Assembly (NCBI RefSeq): GCF_035084215.1
Contig: NC_090344.1
Coordinates: forward strand, 43,152,001-43,216,000
Length of the DNA: 64,000 bases
From: Heptranchias perlo
Lineage: Eukaryota
Direction of reading: 5' to 3'
Shown: positions 50,601-64,000 of the stretch, piece after piece
How positions within the stretch are numbered: the stretch's first letter is position 1
Layout: every line of letters starts with the position of its first letter
Position numbers and translations under genes: made by a program
Notes under the pieces: generated by a model
Database searches by the model: none
Seen by the model: the letters and a program-made list of their open reading frames with translations, nothing else
Told to the model about the DNA's origin: nothing

Positions 50601-53600
50601 CGTATAGATTATTAAATAAGCTAGTTGGCATTAATATAATACAGAGCTAAAACAGTTGTTAGACTACAACATGGGTTTTTTATCACGGGGGAATGTAAAA
50701 GAAAGAAATTATTGCAGTATATACTTTAGAGTGCAAGGAATAAGACATCAAAGGCATATACAACTACACTATATGGTTTGGGAGGAGCAAAGTTAGGAAG
50801 TGGTGATATGGTGTGACAGGACTTAAGCTCCCCCATAATTGTCCAACAATCTGTTCAATAATCTAAGGATCATAAAACTCCTAGTAGAATTGAAGCCAGC
50901 AAGAACTAAAGAAAATAGGATAAAAAGAGATACAACGTTTCATTCGGTAGAAACTTTTTTGACTACCTTCAAGACCAGGTGCTGTGAACAGCTTTGGATA
51001 AGCAACGCTCACGATTTCATGCTAGAATTTCTCTACCTGTTATAGACATAAGGCTAAATGTGTACTATTCTGTATGAAGTTATAAGATGAATGTTTTGAA
51101 ACAATAAATGAAGTTAATTGCCAGACATATTACTGACTCTAAATTTACAAATCTGTTAGGATAGTTCCTTCCTTATCCTTAACAGCACTGGTTAGAACTC
51201 ATTTGCGTTAGTGTGCGCATTTTTGGGCAACCTGCCTTTTGAAGGATAGATTCGTCTTAGAACTCAACAACAATTCAGAACAATGATACCTCGGATCACA
51301 AAAGTAAATACAGGTGAGTGAGCTCGCTCAGCCTGTCATTTCCTGGATACATCACCGGGTCCAACTGTCTCTTGAATTAGTTCAGAGTTTTTCCCTCTAA
51401 TGCTCTCATTCTTTGTTTCTGGTTTAAGTCCTGAATGTTTGTTTTACCAGTTCCAATTTCCCTTGTCCTGTAGTTGTGGTTGAACTTGAGGTAGTACTCA
51501 GGAGTGAACTTTTCTATTCCACTTAGTACAAGTACAAGTGTATTTCCGAAATTGCAACAGTGATTACACTTCAAAAGTACTTCATTGGCTGGCAAGTGCT
51601 TTAGGACATTGTGGTTGTGAAAGGCACTTTATAACTCCAAGTTTTTCTTTGCAAGTCTTGTAGTATCATTCGTGCCTCCCTCTTGCCTTTTTTCCAAGGC
51701 TGAAGTTCAATTCTGTTTTAATCTTTTCTAACTGTCCTATCATAATAGGCATCAGCCTCTTGCTTCTTTCCTGTACTTTTCCGTGGCCTCATTATTTTAC
51801 TTCCTTATTTCCCAGAGATTGAGGTTCAGGAGTGAAATATTGAAGGGTTTAAAGTAGGGAATGGGGTGCTTAATTCTAATTTTAAGGTTCTAAAAATTAG
51901 AATTAAGCACTTAAAAGTAAATACAAAAAAAAGTTTTCTTCATAAGGTGTGAGGGTGGATGCATAGATGACAATTGAGCTGTTTAAAAGAGAAATGAAGG
52001 TATGAAGAGTGGAGACTTGAGAATTATCATAGAATTGTACAGCACAGATAATAAATGAAGAACTGCCGTTGCTGATGAAAGAGGCCTCAATGGGCCTATG
52101 GCTTACTCTTGCGTTCCATTGCTGAGAAACATTGAGAGCAAATGGAACTTGGCTGACTGCCTACCCTCAGCCACAAATATTGCATAGCAGAAGTAGATCA
52201 TAACTGAGAAACAAAAATTGTCTACAAAAATATAAATGCTTGGATGAATTTGAACCAGCGCTGCCAAGATAACAGCCGTGGTCCCATTACTCCAACTATA
52301 AAGCTTTGGTGTGTTGTGATTGTAAGATGCTCTCTTCATTACAATTTTCATCAGGAACTGTCTTCGGTTACTGGATGCTGCTGCGGAGTAAATTGTTATA
52401 GTAAAATTGTACACCAGTTTTATCAACACACCATTACTGACTAGTAGCGTATATTTCGAGAAACTAGACTGACCTTTAAGCAAATTTGATACTGGATAAT
52501 TAAACAAACTGCAACTTGTCATAAGTGTGATTACAGGTCTGTCAGTGTATCACATACTAATTTAGTTAATTACAGCTTAGCTGAGTAGGTCATAAACATG
52601 TTTCTTAAGCTTTCGACTCAAATAAAAGCTAAACTGTGGAATAAAACATTAAATGAAATTACATCTTGTACATGGTTAAGATTTATAGAAGTAGGACATT
52701 AAATTCCTAAGCAATTTAATCACTGGTTTTCTGGAATATAGATCAGCAAATATCCCACAAAGACTAAATTTCAACCACATTGCAACATTTGGTTTTTTTT
52801 TCCCCATTGGCCAATATTTGTTTCTCACCCAGTTTAATATATTTATTGATAATACTATCAACTCAATTTTAATATACACATCCTAAGAATGAGCTATCCA
52901 TACTTTGATATTCCACATTAACTAATAGAAACCATGTGACTCAGGTGCTCACCACTCTTATCTCTTAACCTGCAGTTTGATTTCTTACCCCATCCCTTTA
53001 CAATAATCAGGTCCAATCATGCTTGCATAACTGAGCCAAACCTTGGGATACCTGCACGTGTTCCCATTACAAAGAAAATCTCCTTATTTCTCCACTCCCG
53101 CCTTATTTTTAAAGCAATACAGCTTTTTTCCCCCACTTCTCCCTAAGTACATCCAATGTTTTCTGATGCTCACGCAGTCAGGTATGTTCAGGGCCCAACT
53201 TTCACCACCTTGCAAGAATGCACTCTTCTGCATTTTCCATCCTTCGTTAATGCCACAGAGAATACATAATTTGTAGAATTATATTTGTGGTTAACTCTGA
53301 CTTTAAGATTAGATGATTTTGTAGTTATATTGTAGCAGCAGTTTTCCATGATATGAATCGTGAATTATATTGAATGGCAAGCAACTCATTGCTGAGGTAA
53401 AACTTGAAAATGTGTTTTGTATTTCCTCAAAATTTTAGCTCCAACTTCACTCCATTCAAACACCAGACTGTGGAAAACCGGTTACTCACATAACACAGGA
53501 ATCAATGGCATTATAATGTGAATTACTAATCACAATTAAGACTTTTATATCAGTTGTACATACAACTTTACAATTACTAAGCAGAGCAGAATTAAGGATT

Positions 53601-54231
53601 ATCACCACGTGCCTCAGCTTTATTCACGTTGATGATCACATCTTGGGCTGACATGCATTTGAACACATCCAGCTCTCATCAGATACAATATGCATAGCAT
53701 TCATCGTTATAGCCTGCTTTACTTGATACAATCAACAAACAAATTTTAAGACCAGTTTTGGCTAACCATCCATTAGCCTCCTTTAGACTATGAGTAACTG
53801 GATTGCATGTAGCAAATCAAAATATAAGAGATGTAAGCGTTATACTTAGGAGACGAGGTGATGTAGAAAGTTGAAGACACCTATGAACAACTCCAGCCCA
53901 AGTTGATGGAAGATTCTCCTTACACTGCCTTTAATGGCTGAATGTGAAAAGTTTGGTTAATCAACCCTGTTCCCAGTGCCATGGATTTCCAAAGCACAAG
54001 GCCACCTGCAATTCAACCTAATTTCACTTAGTGTGGAGAAATAAGTTTAGCCACCATTGGCATTCTGTTCCAAACTTATGGAACATTGTTCATATAAGAC
54101 TTCAAACTCTGTAGCAAAGCATAGATGATGTAATCTCAAGGCATTACTTGGATTTATACCAGTTCTTTCAGTGAGGCAGGCGGTAAGTAAACATGACCAC
54201 AAATAATCAGGTTTTAAAATATAAAACTCAT

Positions 54232-55810
54232 AAGAACATAAGAAATAGGAGCAGGATTAGGCCACACAGCCCCTCGAGCCTGCTTTGCCATTCAGTAAGA
54301 TCATGGCTGACCTTCGACCTCAACTCCACTTTCCTGCCTGATCCCCATATCCCTTGATTCCCCCAGAGTCCAAAAATCTATCTGTCTTAGCCTTGAACAT
54401 ATTCAACAACTGAGCATCCATAGCCCTCTGGGGTAGAGAATTCCAAAGATTCACAACCTCTGAGAGTAGAAATTCCTCCTCATCTGTCTTAAATGGTTGA
54501 CGCCTTACCCTGAGACTATGCCCTCTAGTTCTAGACTCTCGAACCAGGGGAAACAACCTCGAATCATAGAAAGGTTACAGCACGGAAGGAGGCCATTCGG
54601 CCCATCGAGACCGTGCCGGCTCTATGCAAGAGGAATCCAGCTAGTCCCACTTCCCCGCCCTATCCCCGTGGCCCTGCAAATTTTTTCCTTTCAAATACTT
54701 ATCCAGTTCCCTTTTGAAGGCCATGATTGAATCTGTACTCCCTCAGGCAGTGCATTCCAGATCCAACCACTCGCTGTGTAAAAAAGATTTTCCTCATGTC
54801 ACCTTTGGTTGTTTTGCCAATCACCTGAAATCTATGCCCTCCGGTTCTTGACCCTTCCGCCAATAGGAACAGTTTCTCTCTGTCTACTCTGTATAGACAC
54901 TTCATGATTTTGAATATCTCTATCAAATCTCCTCGCAAATGTCTCTGTTCCAAGGAGAACAACCCCAGTTTCTCCAGTCTATCCATGTAACTAAAGTCCC
55001 TCATCCCTCTCAGCATCTACCCTGTCAAGCCCCTCAGGATCTTATGTTTCAATGAGATCACCTCTCATTCTTCTAAACTCCAGAGAGTATAGGCCCATTC
55101 TACTTAATCTCTCCTAAGGAAAACTCATCCAAGGAATCAATCTAGTGAACCTTTGTTGCACCACCTCTAAGGCAAGTATATCCTTCCTTAGATAAGGAGA
55201 CCAAAACTACACAGTACTCCAGGTGAGGTCTCAACAAAGCCGTGTACAACTGTAGCAAGACTTCCTTACTCTTGTACTCCAACCCCCTTGCAATAAAGGC
55301 CAACATGCCATTTGCCTTCCGAATTGCTTGCTGCACCTGCATGCTAACTTTTTGTGTTTCTGTGTACGAGGGCACCCAAATCTCTGAACGCCAACATTTA
55401 ATAGTTTCTCACCATTTAAAAAATACACTTTTTCTATTCTTCGTACCAAAGTGAATAACCTCACATTTCCCCACATTATACTCCAGCTGCCACCTTCTTG
55501 CCCACTCACTTAACCTGTCTATATCGCTTTGCAGACTCTTTGTGCCCTCCTCACAGCTTACTTTTCCACCTAACTTTGTATCGTCAGCAAACTTGGATAC
55601 ATTACACTTGGTCCCTTCATCTGAGTCATCAACACAGATTGCAAATAGCTGAGGCCCAAGCACCAATCCTTGCGGCACCCCCCGAGTTAGAGCCCGCCAA
55701 CCTGAAAATGACCCGTTTATCCCTACTCTGTTTTCTGTCTGTTAACCAATCCCCTATCTGCACGAATATATTACCCCCAACCCCACAAACCCTTATCTTG
55801 TGTAATGAGC
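54232..55810 (-). mobile_element. CR1 fragment containing a nested second CR1 (54561-55007)
   Basis: The host CR1 (PQGLVLGP, KFADDTKL, RPHLEYC; 3' end tatttcttatgttcttatg) is split at gggaaacaacctc|...|tcagcatctacc by another CR1 3' end beginning gaatcatagaaagg. Confidence 0.9.
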
Positions 55811-56325
55811 CCATATCTTGTGTAAAACTCCAAGAACTACTGCAGAGGCTGAAAGAAGAGAAACTTTGTATTTTCAGGGTGAATGTGAACACAATATGGA
55901 AGATCATCCACTATTTTTTGATCCTATATACACTGGGAAACCTTGGTTGAGGAGCAAGGTTCAAATTGTAAGACAACAAAGGTTGAAAACAGTGGGAGAC
56001 ACCAAAAAACCTGAGGTGTCCCAAAGCATTTCACAGCCAATGAAGTGCAAACAGGAAACATAAGAGCAGCACAGATCCTTGAAGTATCAATAAGATACAT
56101 AAATGTTACAAAAGAGAGATTGGAAGTTAAAGAAAAATTGCCTATCAGTTATGTTTTGTTTATCTTCTATGCTGCCCAGGACTGCTAGAGATGTATTAAA
56201 ACAGCCTCTCTTTCCCACCCCCACCCAGATGAGAATGTAGTATCGAACTCTTGGATGAATTTGGGCTTGAGAGAATTAAGAATTGTTGAAGAGAAAGGTG
56301 TTTGATAAAATAAACCAAGGCTTTT

Positions 56326-59062
56326 CATAGAATCATAGAAGTTACAACATGGAAACAGGCCCTTCGGCCCAACATGTCCATGTCGCCCAGTTTATACCAC
56401 TAAGCTAGTCCCAATTTCCTGCACTTGGCCCATATCCCTCTATACCCATCTTACCCATGTAACTGTCCAAATGCTTTTTAAAAGACAAAATTGTACCCAC
56501 CTCTACTACTGCCTCTGGCAGCTCGTTCCAGACACTCACCACCCTTTGAGTGAAAAAATTGCCCCTCTGGACCCTTTTGTATATCTCCCCTCTCACCTTA
56601 AATCTATGCCCCCTCGTTATAGACTCCCCTACCTTTGGGAAAAGATTTTGACTATCTACCTTATCTATGCCCCTCATTATTTTATAGACTTCTATAAGAT
56701 CACCCCTTAACCTCCTACTCTCCAGGGAAAAAAGTCCCAGTCTGTCTAACCTCTCCCTATAAGTCAAACCATCAAGTCCCGGTAGCATCCTAGTAAATCT
56801 TTTCTGCACTCTTTCTAGTTTAATAATATCCTTTCTATAATAGGGTGACCAGAACTGTACACAGTACTCCAAGTGTGGCCTCACCAATGCCCTGTACAAC
56901 TTCAACAAGACATCCCAACTCCTGCATTCAATGTTCTGACCACTGAAACCAAGCATGCCGAATGCCTTCTTCACCACCCTATCCACCTGTGACTCCACTT
57001 TCAAGGAGCTATGAACCTGTACTCCTAGATCTCTTTGTTCTTTAACTCTCCCCAACGTCCTACCATTAACGGAGTAGGTCCTGGCCCGATTCGATCTACC
57101 AAAATGCATCACCTCACATTTATCTAAATTAAACTCCATCTGCCATTCATCGGTCCACTGGCCCAATTTATCAAGATCCCGTTGCAATCCTAGATAACCT
57201 TCTTCACTGTCCACAATGCCACCAATCTTGGTGTCATCTGCAAACTTACTAACCATGCCTCCTAAATTCTCATCCAAATCATTAATATAAATAACAAATA
57301 ACAGCGGACCCAGCACCGATCCCTGAGGCACACCGCTGGACACAGGCATCCAGTTTGAAAAACAACCCTCTACAACCACCCTCTGTCTTCTGTCGTCAAG
57401 CCAATTGGCTACCTCACCTTGGATCCCATGAGATTTAACCTTATGTAACAACCTACCATGCGGTACCTTGTCAAAGGCTTTGCTGAAGTCCATGTAGACC
57501 ACGTCTACTGCACAGCCCTCATCTATCTTCTTGGTTACCCCTTCAAAAAACTCAAATTCGTGAGACATGATTTTCCTCTCACAAAACCATGCTGACTGTT
57601 CCTAATTAGTCCCTGCCTCTCCAAATGCCTGTAAATCCTGTCCCTCAGAATACCCTCTAACAACTTACCCACTACAGATGTCAGGCTCACCGGTCTGTAG
57701 TTCCCAGGCTTTTCCCTGCCGCCCTTCTTAAACAAAGGCACAACATTTGCTACCCTCCAATCTTCAGGCACCTCACCTGTTGCGGTGGATGATTCAAATA
57801 TCTCTGCGAGGGGACCCGCAATTTCCTCCCTAACCTCCCATAACGTCCTGGGATACATTTCATCAGGTCCCGGAGATTTATCTACCTTGATGCGCGTTAA
57901 GACTTCCAGCACCTCCCTCTCTGTAATATGTACACTCCTCAAGACATCACTATTTATTTCCCCAAGTTCCCTAACATCCATGCCTTTCTCAACCGTAAAT
58001 ACCGATGTGAAATATTCATTCAGGATCTCACCCATCTCTTGTGGTTCCGCACATAGATGACCTTGTTGATCCTTAAGAGGCCCTACTCTCTCCCTAGTTA
58101 CTCTTTTGCCCTTTATGTATTTGTAGAAGCTCTTTGGATTCTCCTTTGCCTTATCTGCCAAAGCAATCTCATGTCCCCTTTTTGCCCTCCTGATTTCTCT
58201 CTTAACTCTACTCCGACAATCTCTATACTCTTCAAGGGATCCACTTGATCCCAGCTGCCTATGCATGTCATATGCCTCCTTCTTCTTTTTGACTAGGGCC
58301 TCAATCTCCCGAGTCATCCAAGGTTCCCTACTTCTACCAGCCTTGCCCTTCACTTTATAAGGAATATGCTTACCCTGAACCCTGGTTAACACACTTTTGA
58401 AAGCCTCCCACTTACCAGACGTCCCTTTGCCTGCCAACAGACTCTCCCAATCAACTTCTGAAAGTTCCTGTCTAATACCATCAAAATTGGCCTTTCCCCA
58501 ATTTAGAATTTTAACTTTTGGGCCAGACCTATCCTTCTCCATAGCTATCTTAAAACTAATGGAATTATGATCACTGGTCCCAAAGTGATCCCTCACTAAC
58601 ACTTCTGTCACCTGCCCTTCCTTATTTCCCAAGAGGAGGTCAAGTTTTGCCCCCTCTCTAGTCGGGCCATCCACATACTGAATGAGAAATTCCTCCTGAA
58701 TACACTCAACAAATTTCTCTCCATCCAAGCCCCTAATGCTATGGCTGTCCCAGTCAATGTTGGGAAAGTTAAAGTCCCCTACTATTACCACCCTATTTTT
58801 CTTGCAGCTGTCTGTAATCTCCTTACATATTTGCTCCTCAATTTCCCGTTGACTATTTGGGGGTCTGTAGTACAATCCTATCAAAGTGATCTCTCCCTTC
58901 TTATTTTTCAGTTCTACCCATATAGACTCAGTGGGCGAACCCTCGGATATATCCCCTCTCACTACTGCCGTGATGTTCTCCCTAATCAAGAACGCAACTC
59001 CCCCTCCTCTCTTACCTCCTGCTCTATCTTTCCTATAGCATCTGTAGCCCTCGGCATTGAAC
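56326..59062 (-). mobile_element. Young 5'-truncated CR1 LINE with nearly intact ORF2
   Basis: The 509-aa and 387-aa ORFs cover the APE endonuclease (YYRPP, GDFNFP, SDH) and RT (DFSKAFD, GVPQGSVLGP, FADD), with one frameshift near 57555. The 3' end has (ttctatga) repeats. Confidence 0.97.
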
Positions 59063-59729
59063 ATTTAATGCAATGAGAAGCAAAGCTGATTCCAACAGGA
59101 TTAATAAATGAAAAAGGATCAAGGGTAAAGGCAATGGTTAGGTTTGCAAGACACAAAGAAACTGAAAGGCACTGAGATTTTCACTGCCCCCAAAGGGGAA
59201 TGAAAGAGGCAAAAGACAGCGATCAACTGAGAAGAATGTATGTTGCACAATCTGAAGGAAGTTGATGTCGAGTGAAGTCATCAGATGGGGAGAAAAGTAG
59301 AAATTTAGGCAGAATATTTCAGACCATACCACAGAGAGCTGATGACTTTTGCCACCAATTTTGGAGCAGAGGGAAGTGGGGGAACATAGAGAGATTAAGA
59401 GGCAGGGACAGGACTGCAGAAATTTTGCCAGGAGGCAAATAAAATCGGCAAAACTCTTATCAATCTTAAGTTGGAGAAAGTTCTGACATTCAATTTCATA
59501 TCAGAAATGTAGCCTGACAGTACAGTGACAGACATGGGAGTCAAGGGTGGTGGCAAAAAGAAGCTTATTGCAATCGATAAAGATTTGTCTCGTATGTTTA
59601 CTGTTGCACTCAGGACAAGTCTCCAGCTGATCCGGGTAGGTCTGCGGAATGAACAATGTTACTCAGATTGTTTGTGCCATTCTTAACGGGCTGGGTGTAG
59701 AAAATTGCCACATGAGAAATCCAAAGACA

Positions 59730-60087
59730 TACCCCGGGCCGCAAATGGTGGGAAAGCGACTAAAATGGCGGCCGGGCCAGCCCGAGTTATCCAACTCTGA
59801 TGGACTACAAGCCACTAGTAACCACACGGCGGGTTTTTATTCCAATTACGACGGCGTCGACAGATTAACAACCTCGGCCACAAAACCCCAACAATTCATC
59901 AATAGACAACTTATGAATGTGGCTCTGGGCGTGCGTTGTCCGTTTCTCAGACAAGAGGGGCAAGGTACGGCTCAGATGCCCATAACCATGGAAACCGCTC
60001 AGCTCTAACCCGGAAGCAGACGTTTTTTGGAAGAGGTCGTGTGTTTGGGACGTCGTGCGAGCGTGAGGAAAGCAGACAGCGGCAATC
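59730..60087 (+). promoter_or_regulatory. SNRNP200: SNRNP200 CpG-rich TATA-less promoter / 5'UTR
   Basis: YY1 AAAATGGCGGCC (59762-59773), ACTACAA (59804, ZNF143-associated motif) and ETS CCGGAAG (60010-60016); elevated CpG. Confidence 0.65.
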
Positions 60088-60132
60088 ATGGCGGATGTAA
60101 CTGCTCGCAGCCTGCAGTACGAGTACAAAGCG
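60088..60132 (+). CDS. SNRNP200: U5 snRNP 200 kDa helicase (Brr2), exon 1
   Basis: ATGGCGGAT... = MADVTARSLQYEYKA, the SNRNP200 N-terminus; donor GCG|gtgagt. Confidence 0.97.
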
Positions 60133-61073
60133 GTGAGTGAGGCTGGCGGTGTGAGGAAGGCTTGCGCTCGGCATTCACCGGGGGATTTGGCATCGGTTCG
60201 GCCTGCTTGAAATAAAGTGGGCGGCTCGGGTGCGATCCGGTCTGGCGCGGATAAACTGAGAGCAGGGCTTCGGCCTGTCCTGCTCTGCTGTGGTGATGAG
60301 GACAGGTATTCAGTCGGTGGTGGACTGTGCTGGGAAATTGGTGGGGATGCGAGGGGATCAGGGCAGCAGAAAGCGAACATCTGAATAAAGCGATAGCTTC
60401 AAATGGCGAAGCCCGGGATCCTGTGTACGAACTTCCACATGTGAACTAGGAAGGAGCCGGATCCGTTTTATAATCTGGGAAAACGGTTCAAAATGATATT
60501 CTCACATTGTTTCTCTTTGGGGCAGTCTATAGATATACTGTGCATTGTGGTGGATTGATAGTTTTTATTAGAATATAGTCTAATAAAGAGTATAGTCCTC
60601 AGGGGTCCATTTAAACATAAATATAGATACAACGAATTATGATTAATACCTATGTGCTTTGGATCTATATTTTTGTTTAAATTTTATAAGAGAATCCAGG
60701 GCAACAAAAGGCTCTTCAGACCATCAAGATCACTCGATCCAGAGTCCGTGTGTGATTATTCTATTTTGCACATCCCTCCCAAAGGCCCTTTGCTTTAAGT
60801 CCACAATGTTTATTCCCGATCTCCTCCAAAAAAAACAGTAGTATTAAATACATCTCTAACCTTCAATTCTGTTTCTCAACTAATATAAATGCAACTCCTT
60901 TTTGAAAGTGCCAATTGACCCTGAACCACCTTCCTTCTCTGGCAGTTTGTCCCACACGTCCAGTATCCTGTGGGTGGGGGATGAATTTGTGATTGTGAAT
61001 TTTTTTACAGCTTTATATATAAGTGCAGTTGCTGATATTGGGTACTGTATTGATTTACTGTACATCAGGATAA

Positions 61074-61277
<204 letters not shown>

Positions 61278-62165
61278 TAAGGACCATGTGTATTACCAGC
61301 ATTCCAGGATACCAATAATGCAAAAAAAACCATTCTTCTATCCTGATGGTGTTCATTCACATGTATTTATTCAGTTAAATTTAGAACAGGAGAATATGAG
61401 GATTGGTCAATCTGAAGGACTTGAAACGTTTTTGTTTGAAGTTCAATATTTTTAATGATGCCTTACAATTTGCAAAGTTCCCTGATGAAACAACAATTCA
61501 ACTGAGATCTGATGTTATATTAACTTAACAATTACACTTTGTTTCTTCATGGCTGCACCTTACCAGGACAATAAATTACATGGTAGAAAACTTCTGCCCA
61601 TAGCACATCATATGAACTATCGTAAGCATCGCCATAGACCGTCCACTAGCATTTGTGTGTGTATATGTTGTTTACATCTAAAAGCATACATTCAGCATTT
61701 CCTGTCCACCACACTCCAGTGATTACACTTTGCTACAATGCAAATCAATCTTGGAGGCGCAGAACAAAAAACAGATTATCTGGTCATTCATCTCATTTTT
61801 GTTTGTGAATTCTTGCTGTCTACAAATTGACTGCTGCATATACCTCCATAACAACGGTGACCATGCTTCAGATGTGAAGAGCACTGTGGACATTCTGATT
61901 GGCGTGATAAAACACTACATAAATGCAACTTTTCTCTTTACCTGGCATAACAGCCCTATTTTTATAAAATGTATTTGCCTCGGTGTGTACAACGTCATGA
62001 GAGATCCACTAATAAATATATGTGGCATACAGTTGTGGGAGGTTTGCAGATGAGTCTGGCAGATTTCGAACTTTTTTTACCTTTCCGTTTGTTGCAGAGG
62101 AGTTTGGAAAAACATTTCTGATCAGGTTGGCCATTTTGCCCAACCCTGTCAGCTGGATGGTTTGA

Positions 62166-62537
<372 letters not shown>

Positions 62538-62592
62538 TAAAGTTTTGACTGTCGAGCTCCACTGTTTCTACTTATATTCTACACATCTTATA

Positions 62593-62750
62593 TTCAAGGC
62601 TGAGATAGATAGATTTTTGGACTCTGGGGGAATCAAGGGATATGGGGATCGGGCAGGAAAGTGGAGTTGAGGTTGAAGATCAGCCATGATCTGATTGAAT
62701 GGCGGAGCAGGCTCGAGGGCAGTTTGGCCTACTCCTGCTCCTATTTGTTA
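62593..62750 (+). mobile_element. CR1 3'UTR fragment
   Basis: Reverse-complement match to 54240-54400 (aatcaagggatatggggatc...ctcctgctcctattt). Confidence 0.8.
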
Positions 62751-62769
62751 TCTGTTGATTTGAGCATAT

Positions 62770-62885
62770 AATCTACGCTGATACTTCAGTGCAATGCTGA
62801 GGGAGTATTACATTGTCAGGGGTGCTGTCTTAAAGATAAGACGTTGACCGTCTGCCAATGCAAGAAATTCCGTCGCACTGGAGAG
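62770..62885 (+). mobile_element. DeuSINE (SacSINE1/AmnSINE1-like) core fragment
   Basis: cagtgcaatgctgagggagtattacattgtcaggggtgctgtctt...gataagacgtt resembles the Deu domain as I recall it; a similar remnant lies at about 14660-14760. Confidence 0.5.
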
Positions 62886-63104
62886 TTCCCAGTCTCTTTC
62901 TTTCTGTCTGGACAGAGATCTGAACACTATGGATATAGTTTTATATTCAATTCCTGTGTATTTAATCTGGCTTGTGTAAAATTGGAGCAAGAAGGATAAA
63001 TAGCCTCTTGACCTGAGGGAACTGCTAACAGTTCAACATAGAATAGAATTTAGAGATTAAGAAATATATTTATCTTGGTACACCGGAATATTCACTGGAG
63101 AATT

Positions 63105-63370
63105 TAGAATCTTAGAATCATCGAATGGCTACAGCACAGAAGGAGGCCATTCGGCCCGTCGAGCCTGTGCCGGCTCTCATCAAGAGCAATCCAGCTAGTC
63201 CCACTCCCCCACCCTTTCCCCGTAGCCCTGCAAATTTTTTCCCTTCAAGTACTTATCCCATTCCCTTTTGAAAGCCACGATTGAATCTGCCTCCACCACC
63301 CCCTCAGCCAGTGCATTCCAGATCATAATCACTCGCTACGTTAAAAAGTTTTTCCTCATGTCACCTTTGG
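63105..63370 (-). mobile_element. CR1 3' end fragment
   Basis: Same family as 54561-55007 (acagcacagaaggaggccattcggccc...tttttcctcatgtcacctttgg). Confidence 0.85.
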
Positions 63371-64000
63371 TAATTTGTAAGATAAGGAAGTAGGAAATCT
63401 TCATCATGTATGGTGGTACTGCTACAGGTTTCACGGAGACATTTAAGTTTCTCTTAAGGTTGTTTTAAGATGAGAATTTTTAGGAACAGGATAATCCAAT
63501 AAGACTGCATCTTCTTGCCGTACTATTTTGGGAATTTTTTTTGTCCCAAAGGAATTAATTCCAGGACCAATGTAGACTGGTATTTGAATTAATCAGATAC
63601 AAACCAGCTCTTGTACATTAATAGCATAGCAGTATAAAGAAAATGAATCTTGGTGAGGCACTGATAATTCAAATGTTGACTGGTTTTCACTGGATACACG
63701 AAGTCGAGCGTTCTGTGGACATGTCTTTACCATCTTCAGGACTGCATTGGTCTCAGTCTCGATAGCTGGCATGTTAAATATGACCAATAACTGCTTACCT
63801 AAAATTAGATGACATCTTGTAGAAATCAATTAGTTTTTCACTATTTAGCATTTTAAAATCTATTACATCACTGAGACAGGACACCAAATCTGCTAAGGCA
63901 ATCACTCTCTTTTTCTATTGGTTAAATTCTGACCAGTTCATATTTCAATACTTATTTTCGTATGCATTAGCTTTCCTTCATATTATTTTGGCTTTTGCCC

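Noticed and set aside
59865-60380. 171-aa minus ORF as a divergent partner gene of SNRNP200
   Set aside because: It overlaps SNRNP200 exon 1 antisense in CpG-rich DNA where stops are rare, and shows no recognisable homology.

Overview
Vertebrate genomic DNA. The repeat complement (CR1 LINEs with (ATTCTATG)n tails, L2, Tx1, AmnSINE2/Deu-type SINEs) points to a cartilaginous fish, probably a shark. There are three spliced genes. (1) The 5' part of a cytosolic purine 5'-nucleotidase gene (NT5C2-like; NT5DC4/nt5c2l1 by synteny) lies on the minus strand, with a 5.6 kb 38-bp satellite in its first coding intron. (2) A complete SLC20A1/PiT1 phosphate transporter gene lies on the plus strand: TATA/CpG promoter at about 33.0 kb, non-coding exon 1, ten coding exons from 37436 to 47799, 670 aa. 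(3) The first three exons of SNRNP200/Brr2 are on the plus strand. Most ORFs in the supplied track are LINE fragments or repeat artefacts. The most interesting non-standard signals cluster on SLC20A1: two overlapping uORFs at the start of exon 2 that appear conserved to human (human sequence recalled from memory, unverified), a 136-bp ~98% intronic inverted repeat, a G-quadruplex/Sp1 minisatellite in intron 1 and a three-way-junction-like 3'UTR fold. A second cluster is at the 5' end of the nucleotidase gene: an old inverted duplication of the promoter, two candidate alternative first exons and a candidate 10-nt poison micro-exon.
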